Assembly (NCBI GenBank): GCA_035622375.1
Contig: DASPVM010000011.1
Coordinates: forward strand, 48,759-112,758
Length of the DNA stretch: 64,000 bases
Reading direction: 5' to 3'
From: Methylocella sp.
GTDB taxonomy: Bacteria; Pseudomonadota; Alphaproteobacteria; Rhizobiales; Beijerinckiaceae
Below are positions 1 through 8,914 of the stretch, piece after piece. The notes beneath the pieces are model-generated. The model was given only the letters and a program-made list of their open reading frames with translations, made no database searches and had not been told where the DNA came from. How positions within the stretch are numbered: the first letter of the stretch is position 1; the number at the start of each line of letters is the position of its first letter. Both the position numbers and the translations under genes were made by a program.

Positions 1-81
1 TAAATATTACGAAATGGCCGTAATCTCAAGAGAAAGGAAATGTGTGGAAAATTCGGGGAAGCTTTGGTAAATATATCTCCA

Positions 82-131
82 TTCCCTTCACAGGGGAGGG
101 GTCACAGGTTCAATCCTTGTCGCGCCCACCA
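82..131 (+). tRNA. Partial tRNA-Val(CAC): anticodon arm to CCA only; probable integration-site (att) remnant
   Basis: 82-98 is a 5-bp stem ttccc/gggag with the 7-nt loop tt-CAC-ag. 99-103 is the variable loop. 104-120 is a T-arm, acagg-TTCAATC-cttgt. 121-131 is cgcgccc-A-CCA. The AT-rich 1-81 contains no complementary 5' acceptor strand and no D-arm. Confidence 0.5.
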
Positions 132-390
132 TTCGTTGCTTTGCATTCAGCTTTAGCACCATATGAGGTTTCAAATTCGGCCAATCCGGACCGACGCCGC
201 CGTGCCGCGCTTATATTGGGCGTGGCATTGCCTGGCGGAGAGTATTCAAAAATTTAAGTCTGCTAAGGGTAGCTTCAAATTTTTTTAAGGAAGGGTCACC
301 CATGCACCGCTATTGCCTGCAAGGCCTGCGCTTGGATGCCAGTTGGAGAGGATGCAAAAACCCGCGCCCTAGCGCGGATGTTTTCTTCCA

Positions 391-1431
391 ATGACGCGCG
401 CGGCCGCCCTCACCGCCGTCACACCGCCTCCCTCGGAGGACATCGAAGCTCAATTGGAACGGCGCCTCGGCCGCCTCCACGCCCACCAGCGCCTTGGTAT
501 CGAACGGCATCACGAAGCCCAGATATTCGGCCAGGGCCTCAGGTTTTTTCACTTCGAGAATCTGCTCTTTTCCCATTTTTTAATCGAGGCCGCATTGCGG
601 CTGTCGGGGCTTTATTGGCAGGGGCGGCGGAATGCCGCCAAGATCGAGCTTCGCTATAATGAGATATTCTCGCCTCGTTTGCCCGAAGAGTTTGACGGCT
701 ACCTCATCCTTCACCTAAGCGATCTTCATTGGGACATGAGCGAGCCGGCCATGGAGGCGCTCCTGGGGCTGCTGCCGCGCATCGATTACAATTTATGCGT
801 TATCACGGGCGATTATCGGGGAAAAACGGCCGGCCCCTTTGACCGCGCTCTTGCCGGCATGGCGAGGCTCGGCGCCGCATTAACGACTCCGGTTTACGGG
901 GTCCTTGGCAACCACGACACAATCCGCATGGTACCAGGCCTCGAAAAAATCGGCATTCGCATGCTGCTTAATGAGTCGGTAGTAATCGAGCATGGCCGGC
1001 AGCGCATTTATGTCTCGGGCGTCGACGATGCGCATTTTTACCGTGTCGATAATCTCGAGAAAGCGGCCGCCGATATCCCGCGCGACGCCTTTTCCATCAT
1101 CTTGACGCACACGCCGGAAATTTACCTGCAATGCGCCCATGCGGGTTTCGATGTGCTTTTTAGCGGGCACACGCATGGTGGCCAGATCTGCCTGCCGGGC
1201 GGCATCCCACTCACACTTGACTCACCGCTGCTACCCAGAGCTTACGGCTCAGGGGCGTGGAGATATAAGAATATGGCTGGCTATACCTCGGCCGGGGCGG
1301 GCTCATCGGTGGCGCCGGTCCGCTTCAATTGCCCGCCGGAAATCACGCTCCACCGCCTTTGCTTGAAGAGGCGGGAAGAGGCCTCAGTAAGGGCGGTCTC
1401 GCAGGTTCAGCGTGTAAAGCGCCCTCGATAG
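391..1431 (+). CDS. Metallophosphoesterase (calcineurin-like, COG1408/YaeI type)
   Basis: 346-aa ORF with the phosphoesterase motif series LSDLHWD, GDYRG, GNHD and GHTHGGQ. The N-terminal region (LGIERHH, FHFEN, GRRNA) looks like the long form of this family. The exact start is uncertain. Confidence 0.8.
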   Translation: MTRAAALTAVTPPPSEDIEAQLERRLGRLHAHQRLGIERHHEAQIFGQGLRFFHFENLLFSHFLIEAALRLSGLYWQGRRNAAKIELRYNEIFSPRLPEEFDGYLILHLSDLHWDMSEPAMEALLGLLPRIDYNLCVITGDYRGKTAGPFDRALAGMARLGAALTTPVYGVLGNHDTIRMVPGLEKIGIRMLLNESVVIEHGRQRIYVSGVDDAHFYRVDNLEKAAADIPRDAFSIILTHTPEIYLQCAHAGFDVLFSGHTHGGQICLPGGIPLTLDSPLLPRAYGSGAWRYKNMAGYTSAGAGSSVAPVRFNCPPEITLHRLCLKRREEASVRAVSQVQRVKRPR

Positions 1432-1935
1432 AATCAACTCAAGGCAAAAGAAAAGCGCTGTCACAAACATAATATCAAGGCCAGAGAGATGCAGGAGAGG
1501 CCGGCAGGCGAGAGCAGGCAGGAAAGATTCCGGCACTTGGTCAAGTCCAAGGGCCATGCTGCTCGCCTCGAGTTTCATCCGGCGCTTGGCAAAACTAGAG
1601 AACAAATCGCCACCCATCGCTGACGCGGAAACGACGAAGCCGATCTTCCAGCTCAATCCGACCACGGGCGCGGCGAGCGCTGTCAAAGCAAGAGAGGAAG
1701 CGACGCCGCGAATGGTTTTCGATGCGCCAAATAAAGGCTGCCCATCTGTTAGGACGGCCCCGCCATCGATAGGGCGCGCCAAAACAGGTCCGAGGACCTT
1801 CTTAACCATCAGGGGAGTTCCATTGGCAAACCCAAGGAGAGCCAGAAGCTGCCCTATAAGGAGCGGGTGGACGAGCATTTCTTCATCACTTCTAATCACG
1901 ACAGTTTCAATAACATCAATGGCGTCTGCAAGCAC
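1384..1935 (-). CDS. CDP-archaeol synthase-like membrane protein (DUF46/CarS family)
   Basis: Hydrophobic multi-TM ORF with the family motifs GASKTIRG and GGDLFSSFAKRRMK. The true start may be the internal Met (MLVHPLL, about 1878). It overlaps the 3' end of the convergent metallophosphoesterase ORF by 48 nt. Confidence 0.6.
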   Translation of the reverse strand: MLADAIDVIETVVIRSDEEMLVHPLLIGQLLALLGFANGTPLMVKKVLGPVLARPIDGGAVLTDGQPLFGASKTIRGVASSLALTALAAPVVGLSWKIGFVVSASAMGGDLFSSFAKRRMKLEASSMALGLDQVPESFLPALACRPLLHLSGLDIMFVTALFFCLELILSRALYTLNLRDRPY

Positions 1936-2066
1936 CGAGCCAACGGCTTCGGAGGGAGCGAGTTCGATGCAATTATTTGTGAAGCGGACGCGAGTGGCAT
2001 GGAGGTTGCCAACTCGAAAGCTTCAGCTTATTAAATTACGCTAAATATTTATCCGTATTTATAACA

Positions 2067-2094
2067 AATCACCTTGTTCATAGGAATGGTGATT
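2067..2094. promoter_or_regulatory. Inverted repeat AATCACC-N14-GGTGATT over a putative recA promoter (candidate operator)
   Basis: 7-bp perfect arms at 2067-2073 and 2088-2094. The repeat overlaps TTGTTC (2074-2079)-N16-TACACT (2096-2101), about 60 nt upstream of the recA ATG. A clean alphaproteobacterial GTTC-N7-GTTC SOS box is absent; only one GTTC is present. Confidence 0.25.
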
Positions 2095-2161
2095 GTACAC
2101 TTAATCCATCGCAGCAGGCGTTGCGCGCCGGCTTTGCTCATGCCAGAAGGAAAAATCACCC

Positions 2162-3232
2162 ATGACTCCAGCCAACATCCGTCTCCTGGAAGGGACGTCT
2201 GTGGACAAGAACAAGGCGCTTGACGCCGCTCTCTCGCAGATCGAACGGGCCTTCGGAAAAGGCTCGATCATGCGGCTCGGCAAGAACGAAAAGGCCGTTG
2301 AGATCGAAACGGTCTCGACCGGCTCGTTGGGCCTTGATATCGCGCTTGGCGTTGGCGGTCTGCCGCGCGGCCGCGTTATCGAAATTTACGGCCCGGAATC
2401 CTCGGGCAAAACCACGTTGACCTTACATGTCATTGCGGAGGCGCAAAAGAAGGGCGGCGTTTGCGCCTTTATTGATGCCGAGCATGCGCTCGATACCGTT
2501 TATGCCCGCAAGCTCGGTGTTAATCTCGAAGATCTTCTGATTTCCCAACCCGATACGGGCGAGCAGGCTCTCGAAATCACCGACACGCTGGTGCGCTCTG
2601 GCGCGATTGATGTTCTCGTCGTCGATTCGGTCGCGGCGCTGACGCCGCGCGCCGAGATTGAAGGCGAAATGGGCGACAGCCAGCCGGGTCTGCAAGCCCG
2701 CCTCATGAGCCAGGCTCTGCGCAAACTCACCGCCTCCATCTCGCGCTCGCAAACGACGGTGATTTTCATCAATCAAATCCGCATGAAAATCGGCGTCATG
2801 TATGGCAGCCCCGAAACCACGTCGGGCGGCAATGCCTTGAAATTCTATTCCTCGGTCAGGCTCGATATCCGCCGCATTGGATCGATCAAAGAGCGTGACG
2901 AAGTCACGGGCAATCAGACCCGTGTCAAGGTCGTCAAGAATAAAGTCGCGCCGCCATTCAAACAGGTTGAATTCGATATTATGTATGGCGAAGGCATTTC
3001 AAAAACCGGCGAATTGATCGACCTTGGCGTCAGAGCGGGCGTCGTCGAAAAGTCGGGCGCGTGGTTTTCCTACGACAGCCAAAGGCTCGGCCAGGGCCGT
3101 GAGAATGCCAAGAATTTTCTCAAGGCCAATCCGCAAGTTGCGGACCGTATCGAGCAAGAAATCCGCGAGAATTCGGGCATCATCTCCGATCGCATCCTCG
3201 ACAACGCCGATGCCAGTGAAGCAGGCGGCTAA
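2162..3232 (+). CDS. recA: Recombinase RecA
   Basis: 356 aa. [23 protein letters not shown]-terminus, Walker [10 protein letters not shown], and the conserved L1/L2 regions. Confidence 0.98.
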   Translation: MTPANIRLLEGTSVDKNKALDAALSQIERAFGKGSIMRLGKNEKAVEIETVSTGSLGLDIALGVGGLPRGRVIEIYGPESSGKTTLTLHVIAEAQKKGGVCAFIDAEHALDTVYARKLGVNLEDLLISQPDTGEQALEITDTLVRSGAIDVLVVDSVAALTPRAEIEGEMGDSQPGLQARLMSQALRKLTASISRSQTTVIFINQIRMKIGVMYGSPETTSGGNALKFYSSVRLDIRRIGSIKERDEVTGNQTRVKVVKNKVAPPFKQVEFDIMYGEGISKTGELIDLGVRAGVVEKSGAWFSYDSQRLGQGRENAKNFLKANPQVADRIEQEIRENSGIISDRILDNADASEAGG

Positions 3233-3474
3233 GCTCTTAATACGCGCTTGATCTAAGCGTGCGGCGAGCGGTATGAACAAAGCGCTAGGCGTTCGCCCAG
3301 CGCTGCCGCGTTTTGGAGGATGCCCGCTCACAAGGCTTGCGGCCGCGAGCACTCACCAGAAATCATTCTCGCGGTTTGCTGCAAAGCGGCCGATGTGCGA
3401 CTGCCTGCTTTCGCTGTCTGCGGTCAGTCCGCGAATGAAAGCGCCAAAGCTCGGATTGGCGAGGTTTTAGGATC

Positions 3475-6162
3475 ATGCATAGCGTTAATGAAATCCGCTC
3501 GGCCTTTCTCGATTTCTTCAAAAGAAATGGGCATGAAATCGTCCCGTCCTCGCCGCTCGTTCCTCACAATGATCCAACGCTGCTGTTCACCAATGCCGGC
3601 ATGGTGCAGTTCAAAAACGTCTTCACCGGCGCCGAAAAGCGAAACTACACGCGCGCCGCGACCTCCCAGAAATGCGTTAGGGCGGGCGGCAAGCACAATG
3701 ACCTCGATAATGTCGGCTATACGGCCCGACACCTGACATTTTTTGAAATGCTCGGCAATTTTTCGTTTGGCGATTATTTTAAGGCCGAGGCGATCGAATT
3801 CGCGTGGGAGCTGGTTACAAAGCATTTCGGCTTGTCGAAGGATAAATTGCTCGTGACCATTTATCATGAGGATGAGCCGGCCGCGCAACTTTGGAGTAAA
3901 ATTGCCGGTCTTTCTGGTGACAAGATTATCCGTATCAAGACCGACGCCAATTTCTGGCGCATGGGAGACACCGGCCCCTGTGGACCATGTTCCGAAATTT
4001 TTGTTGACCTTGGTGACAAAATACCGGGCGGCCCGCCGGGCAGCCCGGACGAGGACGGCGACCGTTTTCTGGAGTTTTGGAATCTCGTATTCATGCAATA
4101 CGAGGAGCAGCCGGGTGGCCGGCGAATCAATTTGCCTCGTCCTTCGATCGATACTGGCATGGGGCTTGACCGCATGTCAGCGATTTTGCAGGGAGCCGCA
4201 AGTGTCTTTGATAACAACTTATTTAAGGCACTCCGGGGAGCCTTGGCCGAGTTTGTCAAGGATGATCCCGAAGGCAAGCACAAGCCGTCGTTCAATGTCG
4301 TAACCGACCATCTGCGGGCTTCGGCTTTCCTCATCGCCGATGGGGTCATCCCTTCCAACGAGGGGCGCGGCTATGTGCTGCGCCGCATCATGCGCCGCGC
4401 CATGCGCCACGCGCAAATGCTCGGGGCTCGAGAGCCTTTGATGTGGAAGCTTGCGCCAACACTTATCCGCGAGATGGGGCAAGCCTATACAGAACTTCTG
4501 CGGGCCGAGCCCCTCATTATCGAAACCCTGCGCCTCGAAGAAACCAAGTTTCGCGATACACTGGCGCGCGGGCTAGCAATCCTCGAGGAAGAAACACGCG
4601 CTTTGCCCGCGGGCGGAACCTTAGCCGGCGCCACCGCCTTCAAACTCTATGACACTTACGGCTTCCCCCTCGACCTCACGCAGGATGCCCTGCGCGCACG
4701 CGGCCTTAACGTGGACGTTGAGGGATTCGATGCGGCGATGGAGCAGCAGCGCGCGGAAGCGCGCAAAGCTTGGGCGGGGTCGGGGGAACTTGCCACCGAG
4801 TCGCTATGGTTTGCCGTTAAGGAAAAAACCGGCGCCACCGAGTTTCTTGGCTATGACACCGAACGGGCGGAAGGCCTCATCACCGCTCTCATCAAGGATG
4901 GGAAAGAAGTTTCGGCCTTGGGAGCGGGCGAGCGCGGTATCGTCATCCTCAATCAGACGCCGTTTTATGGCGAATCCGGCGGTCAGGTTGGCGATACTGG
5001 ATTGATGCAAGCGAACGGCATCCGGTTTCGCGTCACCGGCACACAGAAGAAACTTGGCAGCGTCTTCGCTCATGAGGGGATCGTCGAAGAGGGGCAGCTG
5101 CGCCTCGATTCGGCGCTCCAGCTCCTCGTCGATCATCAGCGCCGGAAGGCCTTGCGCGCCAACCACTCGGCGACCCACCTCTTGCATGAAGCGCTCCGCC
5201 ATGTGCTTGGCCCGCATGTCGCGCAGAAAGGCTCGCTCGTTGCTCCCGATCGGCTGCGCTTTGATTTTACGCACCAGAAGCCGATGAGTGCCGATGAGAT
5301 GGCGTGTGTCGAAGACATGGCTAACCGCGCGGTTCTGCAAAATACGCCTGTCGAGACGCATTTAATGAGCCTTGACGACGCAATGCGCACCGGTGCGCGC
5401 GCTCTCTTTGGCGAGAAATATGGCGACGAGGTTCGCGTCGTCTCCATGGGCTGTATCGATGGCGGGGACGAAGGAGAGGCGGTATCCCTTGGCGCGCCTT
5501 TTTCGACCGAGCTTTGCGGCGGCACCCATGTCTCGCGCACGGGAGATATTGGCATCATTACCATTATCTCACAAGGCGCCGTCGCGGCTGGTGTGCGCCG
5601 CATCGAGGCGAAAACCGCTGAGGCGGCGCGGCACCACCTCAATACCCAGGTACAACGGCTACATGAGATTGCAGCGCTCCTCAAGACACCCGAAGAGGGA
5701 GCCGATAAACGCCTCGCGAGCCTCATCGAGGAGAGCCGCAACCTGCAGCGCGATCTCAACGACGCGCGGCGCAAGCTTGCGCTCGCGGGCAGCAGTTCCG
5801 CCGCTGGACCGGAGCAGCAGGTCGGCGGCGTGAAGTTTCTAGGCCGCGTCGTCTCCGGTATTGGCATGAAGGATCTAAAACCGCTCGCGGACGAGGCAAA
5901 GCAAAGCATTGGCTCGGGGGTTGTCGCGATTGTTGGCCTCGATAGCGAGGGCAAGGCTGGCCTTGTCGTCGGTGTTACGCCTGATTTGACAGAGCGGTTT
6001 GATGCCGTTCAATTGGCGCGTTCGGCGGCCGCCAAGCTCGGCGGCAAGGGTGGCGGTGGCCGGCGAGATCTGGCGCAAGCGGGAGGTCCCGACGGCGCAG
6101 CAGCAGAGGCAGCACTCTCGGCCATTAGACAGGCGCTTGGCCAGCCGGCGAGTGTCTGCTGA
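3475..6162 (+). CDS. alaS: Alanine--tRNA ligase
   Basis: 895 aa. Class II AlaRS core ([23 protein letters not shown]), editing-domain HxxxH (HSATHLLH), and a C-terminal GGKGGGG DHHA1-type tail. Confidence 0.97.
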   Translation: MHSVNEIRSAFLDFFKRNGHEIVPSSPLVPHNDPTLLFTNAGMVQFKNVFTGAEKRNYTRAATSQKCVRAGGKHNDLDNVGYTARHLTFFEMLGNFSFGDYFKAEAIEFAWELVTKHFGLSKDKLLVTIYHEDEPAAQLWSKIAGLSGDKIIRIKTDANFWRMGDTGPCGPCSEIFVDLGDKIPGGPPGSPDEDGDRFLEFWNLVFMQYEEQPGGRRINLPRPSIDTGMGLDRMSAILQGAASVFDNNLFKALRGALAEFVKDDPEGKHKPSFNVVTDHLRASAFLIADGVIPSNEGRGYVLRRIMRRAMRHAQMLGAREPLMWKLAPTLIREMGQAYTELLRAEPLIIETLRLEETKFRDTLARGLAILEEETRALPAGGTLAGATAFKLYDTYGFPLDLTQDALRARGLNVDVEGFDAAMEQQRAEARKAWAGSGELATESLWFAVKEKTGATEFLGYDTERAEGLITALIKDGKEVSALGAGERGIVILNQTPFYGESGGQVGDTGLMQANGIRFRVTGTQKKLGSVFAHEGIVEEGQLRLDSALQLLVDHQRRKALRANHSATHLLHEALRHVLGPHVAQKGSLVAPDRLRFDFTHQKPMSADEMACVEDMANRAVLQNTPVETHLMSLDDAMRTGARALFGEKYGDEVRVVSMGCIDGGDEGEAVSLGAPFSTELCGGTHVSRTGDIGIITIISQGAVAAGVRRIEAKTAEAARHHLNTQVQRLHEIAALLKTPEEGADKRLASLIEESRNLQRDLNDARRKLALAGSSSAAGPEQQVGGVKFLGRVVSGIGMKDLKPLADEAKQSIGSGVVAIVGLDSEGKAGLVVGVTPDLTERFDAVQLARSAAAKLGGKGGGGRRDLAQAGGPDGAAAEAALSAIRQALGQPASVC

Positions 6163-6235
6163 CGGCGAAGCTTTTTGGCGTGTTGTTGATTCTTGGCCTA
6201 TGCGTTGACGAGGTAAACTGCCGGGGGCGAGCTTG

Positions 6236-6661
6236 ATGTTCAAGAAAATATTGATCCCAATCGATTTGACTGATTTAGCGCTCTCAAGACGCGCGTTGGA
6301 GGCCTCGCGTGACCTCGTTTTACAATCAAAGGGCAATCTTCGCCTCATGACGGTTGAGACTTTGCTGCCCGCGAGTTTTATGGAATATGTTCCGCCCGAG
6401 TTTGACAGATCGCAAGAGGAGCGGGCGAAACGCGCTCTAATCGAGATCGGCAGCATGCTTGAGGTCCCGAAGGAGTCCATCTCCCACTGCGTCAGATTTG
6501 GCAGCATCTATGTGGAAATTCTGGCGGAAGCCGAAGATTGGAACGCCGATCTTATCGTGGTTGGATCGCATCGCCCCTCCATGGCCACTTATCTCATCGG
6601 TTCGAACGCCAAGACCATCGTTCGCCATGCGAAATGTTCGGTTTTAGTTATTCGCGAATAG
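6236..6661 (+). CDS. Universal stress protein (UspA family)
   Basis: MFKKILIPIDL start, then DLIVVGSH and a GSNAKTIVRHAKCSVLVIR C-terminal motif. ATG at 6236 is preferred over the TTG at 6233 used in the ORF track. Confidence 0.85.
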   Translation: MFKKILIPIDLTDLALSRRALEASRDLVLQSKGNLRLMTVETLLPASFMEYVPPEFDRSQEERAKRALIEIGSMLEVPKESISHCVRFGSIYVEILAEAEDWNADLIVVGSHRPSMATYLIGSNAKTIVRHAKCSVLVIRE

Positions 6662-6772
6662 CACTCATCTAAAAACGAATTTTTGAAAAAAGGGAGCAAC
6701 CCGAACGCGTTTCATCCGTTTCTCAAACGGCCAGGGTCTTGGCTAAAATCAGCTGAAGCGGAGGAGGATTGC

Positions 6773-7210
6773 ATGGCGCAACAGGGTTCGAGCGATAGGC
6801 AAGACGCAAACCCATCAGGTCAGACCGACACATCCGGTTCTTCATCAGAAAACATCCAGGCGATAGCTACTCAGGTTCTCGACGCATCGAGGCAATCCGT
6901 CGAGAACATCACAAAGACTTTAGATAGGCTTAGGCAGGCTCGCGGCATGGACGAGGTGATTACAATTCAGACGGATTTTGTCCGAGAGGTATTTCAACAA
7001 GCAGCCGGAAACACCCAAAAATTCAGCCAGATGTTGATTACTTTGCCTCTGGAGATGACAAAGTCATTGCGCGAAGCTTGGCTGACTTCGCTCAAAAGTA
7101 CGCTGAAGACAACGGATAAGGCTACGCAAGCGGTAGATGAAAATCTCGAGCGCATGTCCGAACCGGCGCGAAGAGCATCGGGCGCCTTCGAACATCGCGA
7201 GACCGCCTAA
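6773..7210 (+). CDS. Phasin-like protein (PHA granule-associated family, tentative)
   Basis: 145-aa helical, Cys/Trp-poor protein with a low-complexity N-terminus. A strong SD, GGAGGAGG (6761-6768), precedes ATG 6773. The family assignment rests on overall resemblance only. Confidence 0.5.
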   Translation: MAQQGSSDRQDANPSGQTDTSGSSSENIQAIATQVLDASRQSVENITKTLDRLRQARGMDEVITIQTDFVREVFQQAAGNTQKFSQMLITLPLEMTKSLREAWLTSLKSTLKTTDKATQAVDENLERMSEPARRASGAFEHRETA

Positions 7211-7681
7211 GCGAGCCTTGGGGCAAATCTCCAGCTCCGCGGTTTTCACACACACAATTATTGCGAACGCTGCAAGCGACCTCGTGCATAGTGCGGGAGC
7301 ATGAGCTTTGAGCCATTCGCTGGATGGTAATTGTCTAATTGATTGGCCTGATCTCGGATACCACTCCCTTCATCCGTTCACACGGCGCTGACCCGCGGCG
7401 ACTTCAAATAGAGCGGGGCCGTTGGAACCCCGAGTAATGGTTAGGAATTAGTTTAAAGCTCCATACGGAAAGCTGAGCCAAGGCTGTACCGCGCATTTTG
7501 ATCGGCTCGAGCGAAATTTGTTTAGGTTCAAAATGGCAAATGGCGGCCTTCGCCGAGCGGCATTAGCGATCGTTCAATCCAGCCCCATCCTTTCGCGCCA
7601 CGGCCGTCGAGCGTTCCGCCGCCAGCATCGCACTCGGTTACTGACGTATGAAAGGGATTAAAATAAAAAGGCGGCAAACGA

Positions 7682-8831
7682 ATGAATCGGGTGCAAAACA
7701 CGGATAACAAACCTCTAAGGATAGCCCTTGTTGCTCCCCTTGCGGAAGCCGTGCCCCCCAAACTACGGCGGTACCGAGCGCGTCGTTTATTTGCTCGCGG
7801 AAGAACTCACCCGGCTCGGCCATGAAGCCGTTTTGTTCGCAAGCGCGGAGTCTAAGACATCGGCCGAGCTCGTTCCCTGCGCTCCACGGAGCTTGAGACT
7901 TGCCGGAATCCGCGATCACCTGGGGAGTACACTTTCCATGCTGCGGCAAGTGAGGCGGCGGGCCAGCGAATTCGATGTCATCCATTTTCACATCGATCTA
8001 CTACCTAATGCGATGTTCCATGATCTTTCTCATAAATGCCTCGTGACGCTGCACGGGCGTCTTGATATGCCGGATGCGCTTCCCCTCTACTGGACTTATC
8101 CCGAGATGCCCTTGGTCTCGATCTCTAACGCGTAGCGCCGCCCAATGCCCCCTTGCGCCAATTGGCTCGCGACAATTCAGCATGGCTTGCCGCCGCAAAT
8201 CTGCCCTTTTAATCCAACAGGTGGGCCGCATCTCGCCGGAAAAGCGCCCGGATCGGGCGATCAAGATCGCGCAGAGAGCGGGCCTTCCGCTTAAGATCGC
8301 GGCGAAAGTTGATCCTTGCGACGTCGATTATTTCAAAAGCGAGATCGAACCTTTGCTCGATGATTCTCTCACAGAGTTCATCGGAGAGATTGGAGAGCCG
8401 CAGAAAGCCAAATTCTTAGGGAATGCGCGTGCGCTTTTGTTCCCTATTGATTGGCCGGAGCCCTTCGGCCTTGTCATGATCGAAGCCATGTCGGCGGGGA
8501 CTCCTGTCATTGCGTGGCCCAATGGCTCCGTCCCCGAAGTTTTGCGGCATGGTGTGACGGGCTTGATTGTTGACTCGCTGGAGGCCGCGGCCGCGGCCTC
8601 CAGGCAAGCTGTTTTCCTGGATCGCGAAAAGTTCGCGCGGAGTTCGAGCGCCGCTTCACCGCCGAACGCATGGCTAAGGATTATCTCGCCGCCTATCGCT
8701 CACTGATCGCCGCGGCAGGATTTAATAGGCAAGGGATTGCACCGTCTGCCGCTCCCGGGCTCATCCCTAAGCTTGATGATGTTGTCGCGCAAGAGCGGCC
8801 GCTGGTTGAGGCTTTTATCGGGGGACCTTAA
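7682..8831 (+). pseudogene. Glycosyltransferase family 4 (group 1) pseudogene with multiple lesions
   Basis: Homology runs through three frames. MNRVQNTDNKPLRIALVAPLAEAVPPK (frame of 7682) continues as YGGTERVVYLLAEEL (frame of 7728), implying a 2-nt loss near 7763. There is an in-frame TAG at 8133-8135 (SISNA*RRPMPP). A frameshift or small deletion lies near 8215-8225, before GRISPEKRPDRAI. A 1-nt loss near 8630 precedes VRAEFERRFTAERMAKDYLAAYRSL, which runs to the stop at 8829-8831. Confidence 0.8.
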
Positions 8832-8914
8832 ATTACGCTGAGGTCCAAGGGTTTCCTTCGCGGATGAGTCCTGGGTGCCGGCTCGATGCTCAATCCTAAT
8901 GGCTGAAATAACTC

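Noticed and set aside
50-260. Possible circularly permuted two-piece tmRNA (ssrA) of the alphaproteobacterial type: a T-arm and ACCA end at 104-131, with a complementary GGGCGTG at about 217-223.
   Set aside because: The acceptor stem would have G3-C70 rather than the G3-U70 alanine identity pair. An intact tRNA-like anticodon arm with CAC is present. The 85-nt spacer is long, and no ANDN...AA-type tag reading frame follows. A displaced tRNA-Val 3' fragment explains the data better.
310-576. 88-aa minus-strand ORF (MGKEQILEVKKPEALAEYLGF...) that could push the metallophosphoesterase start to TTG 595.
   Set aside because: Its second half is Arg/Gly junk that reads through a hairpin at 358-380. 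The plus-strand N-terminal extension (LGIERHH, FHFEN, GRRNA) resembles the long form of the phosphoesterase family. It is kept only as an uncertainty on that gene's start.
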